The notes under the pieces are model-generated. The model was not told the DNA's origin and made no database searches. It saw nothing but the letters and a program-made list of their open reading frames with translations. 64,000 bases of DNA. It comes from Gekko japonicus (lineage: Eukaryota). The position numbers and the translations under genes were made by a program. Every line of letters starts with the position of its first letter. The first letter of the stretch is position 1. Below, one piece after another: positions 1 through 11,231 of this stretch. The DNA lies in the NCBI RefSeq assembly GCF_001447785.1, contig NW_015173209.1, positions 145,793 through 209,792 on the forward strand, written 5' to 3'.

Positions 1-257
1 AACTAAGGAGCTTGTATGAATTTGTATGATTCCGATTTTTGTATGACTGATGAAAAACCCTTTAGTAAAGACAACATTTATTTAAGCACTAGCGTGTTGT
101 CTCACTTCCTGGGATATAGCGAGCGTCTCATTCGCCATCTGATCTCTGTATACACCGGTATAGAACTTACGCACAGCCACAAGCACCCAATTTTCCTTGG
201 TAGATAACTTGGATTGGGTCTCCAGGAATTTCCGGGAGAAGTTGGCATAACAGATCT

Positions 258-820
258 GAATTACAGTCAATCCCAGTCAAACAATGCCCGTTCCTCTCCC
301 TCTCTCAATCAGCCTGGACTTTGCAACAACTCTAAGCGCTTCCACACACTGCTAAACACAGTTTTCTCACACAATATCCTCAGCTGTATCCCCTCAGCTG
401 AAAGCAAGTAAAAAAACCCACTCACCCCTCTAGCAGCTCTCTCTCCTGCTCCTGCTCAGAGCTCAGCTGGGTCTCCTCTGCCTCTGGCAAGGTGCTTGCT
501 TAAATAGAGGCCTCCCCCAGCAGTGGTTGGGCAGCAGCTATTCAAATTCACCCAGGCACTCAATCACAGGCAAAACAATGCCCCTTCCACTTCCTCTCAA
601 TTACAGTCAATCCCAGTCAAACAATGCCCCTTCCTCTCCCTCTCTCAATCAGCCTGGACTCTGCAACAACTCTAAGCGCTTCCACACACTGCTAAACACA
701 CGTTTTCCCACACAATATCCTCAGCTGAATCCCCTCAGCTGAAAGCAAGTAAAAAAAAAAACCCACTCACCCCTCTAGCAGCTCTCTCTCCTGCTCCTGC
801 TCAGAGCTCAGCTGGGTCTC
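258..820. repeat. ~220-bp direct repeat (258-475 and 599-820) inside an LTR-like repeat
   Basis: Two near-identical copies of AATTACAGTCAATCCCAGTC...CAGCTGGGTCTC about 340 bp apart. Confidence 0.85.
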
Positions 821-1062
821 ACCATTTAGTAAACAATAATTTAGAGCAGATGAGTCCAAAAATACTAACTTTTTAAGGATTACCACACTTTATCACAGCA
901 GAGACTTCCTAAAAAGGAGAACACAATATTCATGAATATATATTCCTCTGATGGATCTATGGCCTAGTGCTGTTTATGGTTCTTGTTCAATTCAGAAATC
1001 CAGAGAGTCCTTCACTAGAACTGTGGGGAAGTATTTTTGTCCATCTCTGAGACTGCCATGGC

Positions 1063-1411
1063 TGAGACCATGCTATGAAATCCGCATAAATAAAAAAGCC
1101 TGGCAGCCAGTTGGCCTAGGTCCTGTCAACCCTCCTTAAGCTTTTCTTTGTCTTTATCATCGAGGTCCTCCTTATCCTCCAGTTCCCAGAAGAGAAGATT
1201 AAAGACACCCACATATTCACCCATACTTAAATAGCAGAGCAGCCCACCATGAGACCATGCTATGAAATCTGCATAAATAAAAAAGCGCCAAAGCCAGTTG
1301 GCCTAGGTCCTGTCAGCCCTCCTTTATTTTAGCTTTTCTTTGTCTTTATCATTGAGGTCCTCTTTATCCTTCTTCTCCAGTTTCCTAAAGAGGGTAAAGA
1401 CCCACATATTC
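1063..1411. repeat. ~155-bp diverged tandem duplication (1063-1219 and 1250-1411)
   Basis: TGAGACCATGCTATGAAATC...CCCACATATTC occurs twice with small indels. Confidence 0.8.
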
Positions 1412-1979
1412 TCCTTTCAATAGCTTCTCTTTGGTGCCACCAGAGACTGCCAGCTGACCCCAAGTCCCCAAGGCAGGAGGGCCCCTGCATCAGTGTGGAG
1501 CTGGCCTGGGAAGTTCCTGGGGGTCTGGAAGCAAGAGGTTGACTCCAAGGCCCCTATGGCCCAGTGGACCCAGGTATTGGAGCAGGGCCTGGCTGGGCCA
1601 AAGCTGAGGATCCAGAGACAGCAGGCTGACCCCAGGGACCCCAGGGCCAGTTGGACACCTGCAGTATGGTGCTAGATTTAACCACACCTTCCTGACAGAC
1701 CATGCCCACACCCACTGGCTCTGACCCCATATGCTGCTCCTGGTCAGATGACTTGCACTCAGTGTCCAGCTCACCTTCATGGCTGGCTGAAGCACTGGGC
1801 TTCCCTTCTAGGGAAGAAAGGTGAGGTAAGATGTCTCATCAAAACCCTCAATTAGCCACCCTTCTAATGTTCAGCTGGCCTGCTACCCTTTTGGGAGGCT
1901 CTGGGAGAATGTCTTTTCCAAGGCTGCAAGACTGTCAAGGATGGCCTGGCTCTCCCGCCCCCCTTCATTCTTATCTAAA

Positions 1980-2507
1980 GAGGACAAGGTGGGATAAGCC
2001 CTCTGAGGGGCAGGTTTTGGGCTGGTTGCTTGCCTTTGGAGGGCCCCTGTCCTTTCTTAGGAGCCATGTAGGCTGCCCTCCAAATTCAAGCCCCTTGAAA
2101 CAAAGGCACCCTGCCCCTTCTGCTGGTTACCCATTTTCTGTGTACCCAGAGAAACCTTACACGCAGTCCGGTCTGCATACGGCCATGCGAATGGCCCAAG
2201 TTTCACTTCCAGAGACAATAGCCCGAACTGATCCTAGGGTGCACCTATTGGATGGCTAGGATCTGAGAATTGACCTATGGAACTTGGGTGCACTGTAAAT
2301 CATCCTATCACGGGTGTGGGTGTTTGGTTTGTTATGGGGATATAAGCCAGCCTCTGGCCCGGCTACTTCATCTCAAGTTCTCCTATGTACGAATAAAGTA
2401 TGAGCTGTAATCACTATTTTATGCCTCAGTCTCAGTACTTTATACCATCTATCCCCTGGGTGGGAAGGATAAGTGGGGTTGCCCACTGCTGTCCTCAATA
2501 ACCTAAC
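1980..2507 (+). mobile_element. Probable solo LTR (5' boundary uncertain)
   Basis: TATA-like GGGATATAAG (~2338), AATAAA (2392), and a terminus ending TAACA, matching U3-R-U5 layout. Confidence 0.4.
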
Positions 2508-3446
2508 AAATAACTGCTGGGTGTGTGTGTAATTAATCTATACAAATGCAATGAATTGTGTTTTATGTATTATGCGGATTTTTATTCTGTTGTAAGCCTC
2601 CCTGAGCCAGCCTAGGCCAGATGAGTGGGATAAAATAAATAAATAAATAAAATAACAAAGACTGTAGTTTGCAAGTGCCTACTAGATCAAGCTACCGTGT
2701 GCTAACCAGGTCAAAACCTGACCAGCTGCTCTGTAAGGTCTCAGGAAGGGGCTCTTCAGGGAGCCTACCTCCCATCCTCTGACCTGGGGATGATGCACCA
2801 CACCAGGGCAGTGGTATGAAGTTGACTCTGCCTCACCCACCCCCGGAGAAACCTAACTGCCCTCTGTAGTGAGTTTTTAAATGGAAATGCTGAGGGTTGC
2901 TTGGGGCATAGAGTGTCACTGAGCCACTGGTACCTCCCAGCAGCAAGCTTGCAAAAACCTATCCAAAAAGGCAAGAAGGGGGTGCCCCCATGGCAACCAC
3001 CCTATCCCTGTCAATCTATCCCCTATCCCACCTCACCATTCCCAGCCATGACCAACTAGGATAGTTCAATATCACCAGGCCCTGGTGAGCCAAGCAGGAG
3101 ATGCAGCTGCTGGGAGATGACTGCGGCTGACACAAGGCCGCTGTTGAAGATGGAGCAGGAGACTCCACCACTGAGAAAGATTGCCATCATGATCCTGCTC
3201 AATGCAACGCCCTTCGCCACCGCGCTTCACTGCAAGTCCATCGATTCAAGAGGCCTATTCGGGAAAAGCCAAAAAAGCGAGCTCTTCCCTAACCGAGGAC
3301 TGTGTGGCTTGGGGCAGAACAATCTTATATAGCCTTGACTCTGCCCACTGCCTGGCCCCAGATCAGGAGGTTTTCCCACTGCCTCCGCCTCCTTCCAGCG
3401 GGTCAAAGGCAGCCCCTGGCCTTAAAAGCTGCAAGGGCTGTTCAGA

Positions 3447-3937
3447 TAAGAACATAAGAACATAAGAGATGCCAATGTTGGATCAGGCCAAAGGCCCATC
3501 CAGTCCAACACTCTGTATCACACAGTGGCCAGAAATACAAGTGCCATCAGGAGGTCCACCAGTGGGGCCAGGACACTAGAAGCCCTCCCACTGTTGACCC
3601 CCCCCAAGCACCAAGATGACAGAGCATCACTTGCCCCAGAGTCCCTATCTATACCTTGTGGCTAATAGCCACTGATGGACCTCTGCTCCATATGCTTATC
3701 TAATTCCCTTTTGAAGCCGTCCATGCTTGTAGCCGCCACCACTTCCTGTGGCAGTGAATTCCATGTGTTAATCACTCTTTGGGTGAAGAAGTACTTCCTT
3801 TTATCTGTTCTAACCCAACCGCTCAGCAGTTTCATGGCGTGCCCACGAGTTCTTGTATTGTGAGAAAGGGGGGAAAGTACCTCTTTCTCTACCTGCTCTT
3901 TCCCATGCATAATCTTATAAACCTCAATCATGTCACT
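3447..3937 (-). mobile_element. CR1 LINE, 5'-truncated 3' end
   Basis: C-terminal CR1 ORF2 peptide (IEVYKIMHG...TRGHAMKL...RKYFFTQRVINTWNSLP), 3' UTR and (TTCTTATG)n tail. Confidence 0.9.
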
Positions 3938-4337
3938 CAATCATGTCAGATGGGAAGGAGACAGATTCCAACTGGATATTCCTACTGCTGCCTGGAATAT
4001 TAAAATATTATTCCCTGGATCCAGGGAACCTGGGACACTATATAAGGGTCTCATATTCTGGCTTGCTAGTGATCCAGATGCCTAGAAAAAGGGAGAAAGG
4101 GATTTTTTTTGAAATCTCATCCCACAATTATTTCAGATTTGCAATATCACACTCATGGAGTTTATTTAACAAAAATTGATGATTATAATTGTGATGCTTT
4201 TACCAATGACAGTAAAATGGAGCTGCAAGATTCAAATATGGGGTGGACTGTTGCCTTCGATCTGCTATACATATGCGGTCCATAGGTAGCCCAACCCACA
4301 TGATCAGCAATAGAGCCAATCTATTTTGGAAAGAGGT

Positions 4338-4670
4338 AGTACCTTGGACTGCAAGAAGAACAAATCAGTCCATCCTCAAAGAAATCAACCCTGACTGTTC
4401 CCTGGAAGGCCAGATAATGAAACTGAAGCTCAAATACTTTGGCCACCAAATGAGAAGGGAGCACTCACTGGAAAAGACCCTGATGCTGGGAAAGATTGAA
4501 AGTCAAAGAAGACGGGGATGGCAAAGGATGAGATGGTTGGACAGTGTCATCGATGCAACGAACATGAAGTTGAGCCAACTTCAGAGGACGGCGGAAGACA
4601 GGAGGGCCTGGCAGGAGATGGTCCATGGGGTCGTGAAGAGTCGGACTCGACTGCGACTGAACAACAACAA
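4338..4670 (+). mobile_element. RTE/BovB LINE 3' fragment
   Basis: PWTARRTNQSILKEINPDCSLEGQIMKLKLKYFGH...RMRWLDSV peptide followed by a (CAA)n tail. Confidence 0.9.
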
Positions 4671-4851
4671 AGTACTATGACAGCCATACTTTTACATAAA
4701 AAAGTCCATATATGTATCTGACTCTCCTTCTCTTTATCTTTCCCTGGATCCTAGCCCAGAATTCAGATTCAAGATTCTAATTGGAATACTCCCCCACAAA
4801 ATCCCCAAAAATATAGGATCCCTGTTCACAAGTCACAGTTAGAGGATGTGG

Positions 4852-4986
4852 AGGGCTGTGGTTCAATGGTACAACCTCTGCTTAATACACAGAAGGTTCT
4901 GAGTTCAGTCCTTGGCACCTCTAGTTTAAAGGATGACATAGGAGATGATGTGAAAGACTTCTGCCTGAGACCCTGGAGAGCTGCTA
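4852..4986 (+). mobile_element. tRNA-derived SINE (degenerate)
   Basis: A-box-like TGGTTCAATGG and B-box-like GAGTTCAGTCC. A related body fragment lies on - at ~2650-2760. Confidence 0.55.
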
Positions 4987-6667
4987 GAGGGTTTAAAAAC
5001 CCCAAAATGATAAAAGGAGTGCCTGTAGATTTAACAAATGGATTCTTTCAGTGGCTGTTGCTAGGTATCCACAGCATTCCAAGGTTTGGTTTCTGTGAGT
5101 AAAAAGCAGGGGAAGGGGAAAGGATCCCTTCCAGAGATCAGTTCCTCTGGGAGAAATGGCTACTTTGGAGGGTGGACTCTATAACATTATACTGTACTAG
5201 AGATGGGACTATAACGATTTTCCCACTTTTTTGATTATTCATATTTCTCTGGTTTTTATAGATTTATTCTTTAAGTAATATTTTATTAGGATGTTAGAAA
5301 GGCCTGTTATATAGAAGGCTTTCCTCTTGTAGGTCTGATATTGCTAGCAGACAACATAATAGGTACAAAGTTCATGATTCTGTAGTTCTTAGGGCAAACC
5401 TTCCAATGTCTGGGTTAGTCTTGTATCAGTAAAAATACTTTTGTTTAGGATATGAAGAATCCTTGCCCATTATCATTTAGGTTAGGTTAAGTTAAGACTT
5501 AGGTTTTACTTAGATTGACGTAGATATATGTTTCTTTACATCTGACAAATCAGAGGCTTATTACTCCAGTTACCACTGTCTTTTGTAACCAATTATGCTA
5601 GTTGAGTATTGTTTTCTTGATGATGTCAGTCCATGTATAAAATATCATGTATTTCCTGAATATGTTCAAGAATATGTTCAAGAAGAAAAAGAAAATGAAG
5701 AAGAAAAAGAAGGAAGTTGTCAATTTTTAATGAGTTATTTGGTCTAATTGTTTTCCTGTTAATTGAAGCACATTTCCTAAATATGCTGAAAAGAAAGTAG
5801 TCAATTTTGGATGGACTATTTGGTCCAATTGTTTTTCTGTTAATTGAAATAAAACATAGATCTTCCTCCTCATTTGACTTCATTTTTTTACATGGAATCT
5901 AATATGTACAACAAATTCCTTGATGAGGGGCATAGCACTATATCCTGATGAGGTCCCCAAACTTCATCCTCCCAAGGCTCCACCCCAAATCTTCAGGAAT
6001 TTTCCAGCCTGGAGCTGACAACCCCAAGGGGAGCNNNNNNNNNNNNNNNNNNNNNNNNNNNNNNNNNNNNNNNNNNNNNNNNNNNNNNNNNNNNNNNNNN
6101 NNNNNNNNNNNNNNNNNNNNNNNNNNNNNNNNNNNNNNNNNNNNNNNNNNNNNNNNNNNNNNNNNNNNNNNGACTTTCAGAAAATGAAAATATAAAATGG
6201 GAGGGGGATGACTCCCACAAGTTCTTGTGGGTTTTTGCTTGTTTATTACATATGCCTTTATTTTTCAGTCACCAGAGGTTTGGCCTGGTTTATTAGTAAA
6301 TATTCCCAAATGGAATTGGAATAAAATGAAACTGGTCCTTGTTGCTGATGCAATTAAGTCGAAGTGCCTCTATTAAATATCCTTATGTTGTAATAATTAG
6401 TGAAACAAACATCCTGTGTGTTGGTTTGCTAGTGACTCACATCACTTCTCCCTTTGCCTCCAGGATATGTATATTGTGTTGTTGTTGCATGCACAGATTG
6501 TGCATTTACCTTTCTCTTCAAAGCTATCAGTGGCCCTGGTGTCTGGGAGCATCCCCAGGCTCAGCCAGCGGTCCGGGCTCAGCCATGGTGACACTGGCAG
6601 CTGAGATTGGATCAAATCAAGACAACTTCTGAAGTGACAGATACGCAACTGAAGACAAATCACAGAG

Positions 6668-6695
6668 ATGCATTTGACAGACAGTATATTCAAAG
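6668..6695 (+). CDS. Candidate first coding exon (MHLTDSIFK-G) of the + strand OR
   Basis: ATG at 6668, 9 codons + 1 nt, then donor AAG|GTAAAA. Phase 1 matches the phase-1 acceptor TTTTCAG|GT GGA at 7864/7865. Confidence 0.5.
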
Positions 6696-7854
6696 GTAAA
6701 ATAGTCTCCCCTATTCCCTTCATACACTTGTTTGAATGAAATAACACTTCTGAGATCCAACCCCATGGTTTAGATCCAAGCCCCATTGTTTTAGACTGCA
6801 AAAGGACTTCCTATGCAAGCAGAAGGAAAAGTTGCATCAACATACGGGCACCTAGATCCCTTGGTTTGGACCCAACCTTTTCCTTTTATAAAGCTTTAAG
6901 ACACATTCAAGAAATGCTATTTTACTGTCCCAATCTTGCATGCATGAGGAATCCATGTGCATAAACGGGTTGTTGTTGTTTTTCGTGTCTCTCTCTGTGT
7001 GTAGCCGATGCACATGTGAATGCATTTCTGAACACATAACATCCCTACATGGACAGTGACGCTCATTTGTACCCTGCTGAATGGACATCTTTGGATAATG
7101 TTAGGGACGTTCATTCCTACATCAGTCCAGTGGTTGTTGGGTGTGACTGGTAGTTTACAGCTAGAACCAGATTGGGAATGGTATGCAATTTGCCTTCTGT
7201 ATATGAAAGTTAGCCTCTTATTCAACAGCTATACGTGGTACATATTAAACCCAGGCCTTTGTTTTCATTTTGCCAATAAAAAAGTGCACCTAGAGTACAT
7301 GTAAAAACCAGTTCAGTCCTCAATAGTTCAGTGGCACAAATAACTGGGTTATAACCTTGAGCATAGTTGAGAAGGTGCATGCCTTCACTTCACACTTTGT
7401 GCTCACCATGGGTGCATTTATGGAGTTACTAGTTTATTAATTGCTCAAGAGTTTTGTGTTTTAATTCATAAACTACATAATGCAGGTTCTCTGGAGAGGC
7501 AGCATAACCATTTTCTCAATATATAAATACATGAATAAACCACATTTATGGCATGCCTAAAGGCACCTCTGTCCCCTCCCCCCAACTGGCATGAATGGCT
7601 GCCATCTACCCATGTGGGATAATAATGCAATGCATTTGGAGGCAATAATGCAGAGGAGATCACAACTATCCACCATAGTGGGCATCTCACCCTACACAAG
7701 CAGGNNNNNNNNNNNNNNNNNNNNNNNNNNNNNTATTTATTAATTTGGTTTTTATATTCCAAGGAACTTCCTGTGCCCATGTGAACAGTTTATTATGCCT
7801 CAGAATGACACTACTGGTTTTATTTTGTGTTTCTCATCTCCCTTCCCTTCATTT

Positions 7855-8820
7855 ATGTTTTCAGGTGGAACCCTACTTAGAAGTCCAAATCAAACTGTGG
7901 TCACAGAATTCATCCTCCTGGGATTTGGTAACCTTCATGTTCTAAGGATCCCCATTTTTATGATATTTCTTACAATCTATATCATTACAATAGTGGGAAA
8001 TCTCATGATCATCATAACGGTGAGGATCGATCACAGCCTTCATAATCCCATGTACTTCTTCCTAGGAAACCTCTCCTTCCTGGAATTATGGTATACCACT
8101 AGTGTGGTCCCAAAGATGCTGAAAACCTTTCTGAATGGTCATGAGACTATTTCATTCTCAGCATGCCTTCTCCAATTTTATGTCTTTGGCTCTCTAGCAG
8201 TCGCTGAATGTTTCCTCCTAGCAGCTATGTCTTATGATCGCTACATAGCCATATGCTGCCCACTGCATTACAGCAGAAGGATGAACTTCAAGATGTGCCT
8301 GTTATTTGTGGTAGGGTCATGGGTTTCTGGGTTTCTCTCCTTGGTAGTCACCATGCCAATGGTTTCCATGTTGGCCTTCTGTGAGTCTAATGAGATTGAT
8401 CATTTCTTCTGCGATTTGGCTCCTATTGTTAAACTTGCCTGTGGAGACACACAAAAAGTTAGGATCCCTGCTTTCATTATTGCTTCCTTGGTGTCCTTTT
8501 CTCCATTCCTTCTAACTGTTCTGTCCTATTATAAAATTATTTCCACGATTCTGAAGATCCCATCAGCCAAAGGAAAACAGAAAGCTTTTGCCACCTGCTC
8601 CTCACATCTGACTGTGGTTACGGTATTTTATGGAACACTAATGGTGGTATATGCTGGACCTACAACGACTCATTGGCCAAACCTAAGGAAAGTTTTTTCT
8701 GTGCTTTATATAGTAGGGACACCAATGCTCAATCCTATTATATATAGCCTGAGGAACAAAGAAGTCCAAAATGCATTGAGAAAACTGTTTAACAGAAATG
8801 CTGCATTGATGCACAGTTAG
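7855..8820 (+). CDS. Olfactory receptor, class II (main coding exon; true start probably in upstream exon 6668-6695)
   Basis: Intact 7TM ORF with OR motifs NQT (N-glycosylation), EFILLGF, LHNPMYFFLGNLS, MSYDRYIAIC.PLHY, DHFFCD, KAFATCSSH, PMLNPIIYSLRNKEV. A polypyrimidine tract and CAG acceptor end at 7864. Confidence 0.96.
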   Translation: MFSGGTLLRSPNQTVVTEFILLGFGNLHVLRIPIFMIFLTIYIITIVGNLMIIITVRIDHSLHNPMYFFLGNLSFLELWYTTSVVPKMLKTFLNGHETISFSACLLQFYVFGSLAVAECFLLAAMSYDRYIAICCPLHYSRRMNFKMCLLFVVGSWVSGFLSLVVTMPMVSMLAFCESNEIDHFFCDLAPIVKLACGDTQKVRIPAFIIASLVSFSPFLLTVLSYYKIISTILKIPSAKGKQKAFATCSSHLTVVTVFYGTLMVVYAGPTTTHWPNLRKVFSVLYIVGTPMLNPIIYSLRNKEVQNALRKLFNRNAALMHS

Positions 8821-9329
8821 TGAATGAAGAGAACCTCTTTAGCCCCATAACATTTTATGTTTAAAAGATCATGCTACCACACATGTTGGATACTGAACTA
8901 TTTGAAAGAAAATAATACTGGATTTTTGCAAGAAGAGTTCTTTCATATGCAGTAGAACTATTTTTTTCTGTAATTACAAAATGACACAAACGGAGGGTAT
9001 TTTAATTCAGGGATGGAAATCCCACCTTGAATTTATATGGAAAAGTGATGTTTATATTTTATATAGAACACAAATATATTGCTGGGTTTCTTATAATTCA
9101 TTTTGCAATGTTGTCAATGCAAGTATAGCCATGACAAATTATATGGTACCCAAAGGATTATGACTGGGATCTAATGAGCTTTTTGTCCAATACCACAAGA
9201 TATGATCCTTATTACAGCCCCTACCTCACATGGCTTTTGCCCATGCTGGTACCATGATCCCCAGAAAAGTGTCATAAGATGGAAATCAATTGGATTCAAC
9301 TCTACATTTCCTTTATTGGAGTTCCCGGC

Positions 9330-10103
9330 CTCCCAGCAATGCCGGTAAGGTCCGAGGGCTGTTTTGCCGCCCCGGAGGAGCCAGGTCAGCAACAGAAGCA
9401 TGACACACGGCGTCATAACATGGGCATGGTGGGTGGAGCCAGATCAGCTAAACTACCAGGCTCTGCTCCCGCCCAAGGACAGTCCCTGGGTCATGCTCCC
9501 CCACCCTCCCACCATGTCTTAGTGCAGGCTTTTGCTGGTTGTTTATTGGGGCCAGGTAGGAATTTTTCACATCTACCTGGAATTGGCAGATTGGGTGGAG
9601 GTGTTTTCACCTACATTGCACTGAGAGCAGCGGGATGAAGTGATGGATGTGGTGGTCAGCAGTTAATTAGGTTGGTCAGATGGCAGGTTGGTGCGGGCAA
9701 GAAACTGGAACCAGTGAGCACCTTATGGCATTTTCCCCATTGGGGAACAGGGGGTCATCAGGAACTGCCTTCAGATTTCTAGGTCCAGGGTGGGGAATGG
9801 TGATCACCTTCTCTGGGAACCTCTTAGGGTATGCTCCTCCCTGCAAGTTGTCAGGCTTCAAGGTTAGATGCTCCAAGGTGGTGACCAGTTTGCTGGGCTG
9901 CCGGTTGCGAACCAGACCGATGGCTCAAGACCGGAGCTGGGTGACCCACCCGAGGAAAGGCCAAGGAGGTTGGTCAGGGGAATGACACCTGCCTTGCCTG
10001 TTCTGTGCTCGCTTAGCTGGTCCCTTGCCACAATGTTATGTTAAATACTTAATAAAGTGGCCCTTGTTTAATCCAAACTGTTGTCTGTCTCATTATTTTG
10101 ACT
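9330..10103 (+). mobile_element. GC-rich LTR-like repeat (family unresolved)
   Basis: Abrupt GC-rich block ending in AATAAA followed by a U5-like tail and GACA. Confidence 0.35.
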
Positions 10104-11231
10104 GGGGGGGGGCAATTAGAGACAGGGGAAAACAGCTTATACATTTTTGTTTGTTCACTGGGTGACATTAGGGCAGTCCCTTTCTATCTCAGCCTAAACT
10201 ACCAAACTGGGTTTTTTGTTGTAAGGATAGGATGAAGGACAAGAGAACTTTGTTGTAAGCTGCTTTGGGTCCCTGCTGAGGGAAAAGAAGAGGAGGAAAG
10301 AAGAACATGACTCATGGCAACCCAATCCATGGTGTGCTCCAGGCAAGAGACAAGCTGAGTTGGTTTGTCATTGCCCTCCTCTGCTAGCAACCCTGGTCTT
10401 CTTGGTGGTCTCCCATCTCTTTTTGGTGGTCTCCCATCCAAATATTAACTATGGCCTGCCCTGCTTAATTCCCAAGTATTAACAAGCTCAGGCTAAGCTA
10501 AACTATTCAAGCTGCTATTGAGAAAAAAGTGGGGGATTCATAAGGTAAGAAGCAGCTGCTGAAGCAACGTGCGTGTCAAAAACCAAGGGGAAAAAAGGGG
10601 GCAGAACTCCATCCAAAGTGTAGGTGCAATCTAAGAGAGTCAAACTACAGGTAAATGACACACATCCAGAAATACATGCATAAATAATATATATATGACC
10701 AGGTGTTGCTTTCCTATATGCTTTGCAGTTATTGCAAGTTTGTATAATGGGCCATGGATAGTAGCTGTGCAAATTCACCAAATTATTCTGGTATCAAATG
10801 TCCCATTCATCAGGATGTGTGTCACCTCCATCAAAGGTGACACCTCTGCTTAGCATCTACCTGTGAAGTGGGGGAGAAATGGATCATACACATATGGGCT
10901 TTATTTTTTTATGGCTGATTCATTTGTAGTATAGCAAAAACATTTTTTTATTCCAACTCTGCAAATTTAAGTGAACTTCAGATATCTTTGATTTAATATT
11001 TATTTATTTATTTATCTAATCTATACCCCACCCTCCCCGCAAAGCAGGCTCAGGGCGGCTTCCACTCAAGCATAAATACAGTTAAAACATCATGCATTGG
11101 GGAGCAGGGAAAGAAATCAAACACAAGCTTAATTTTAAATATTTTCTTCTTTACTTAAATATTCAGAATTATTATCAGATCTTGTGACATAAGTGCAATA
11201 AATAAATAAATAAATAAATAAGTTAAAAACA

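Noticed and set aside
7795-7864. ORF-track N-terminus MPQNDTTGFILCFSSPFPSFMFS of the + strand OR
   Set aside because: It is the translation of a polypyrimidine tract ending in a CAG acceptor, so most likely intronic.
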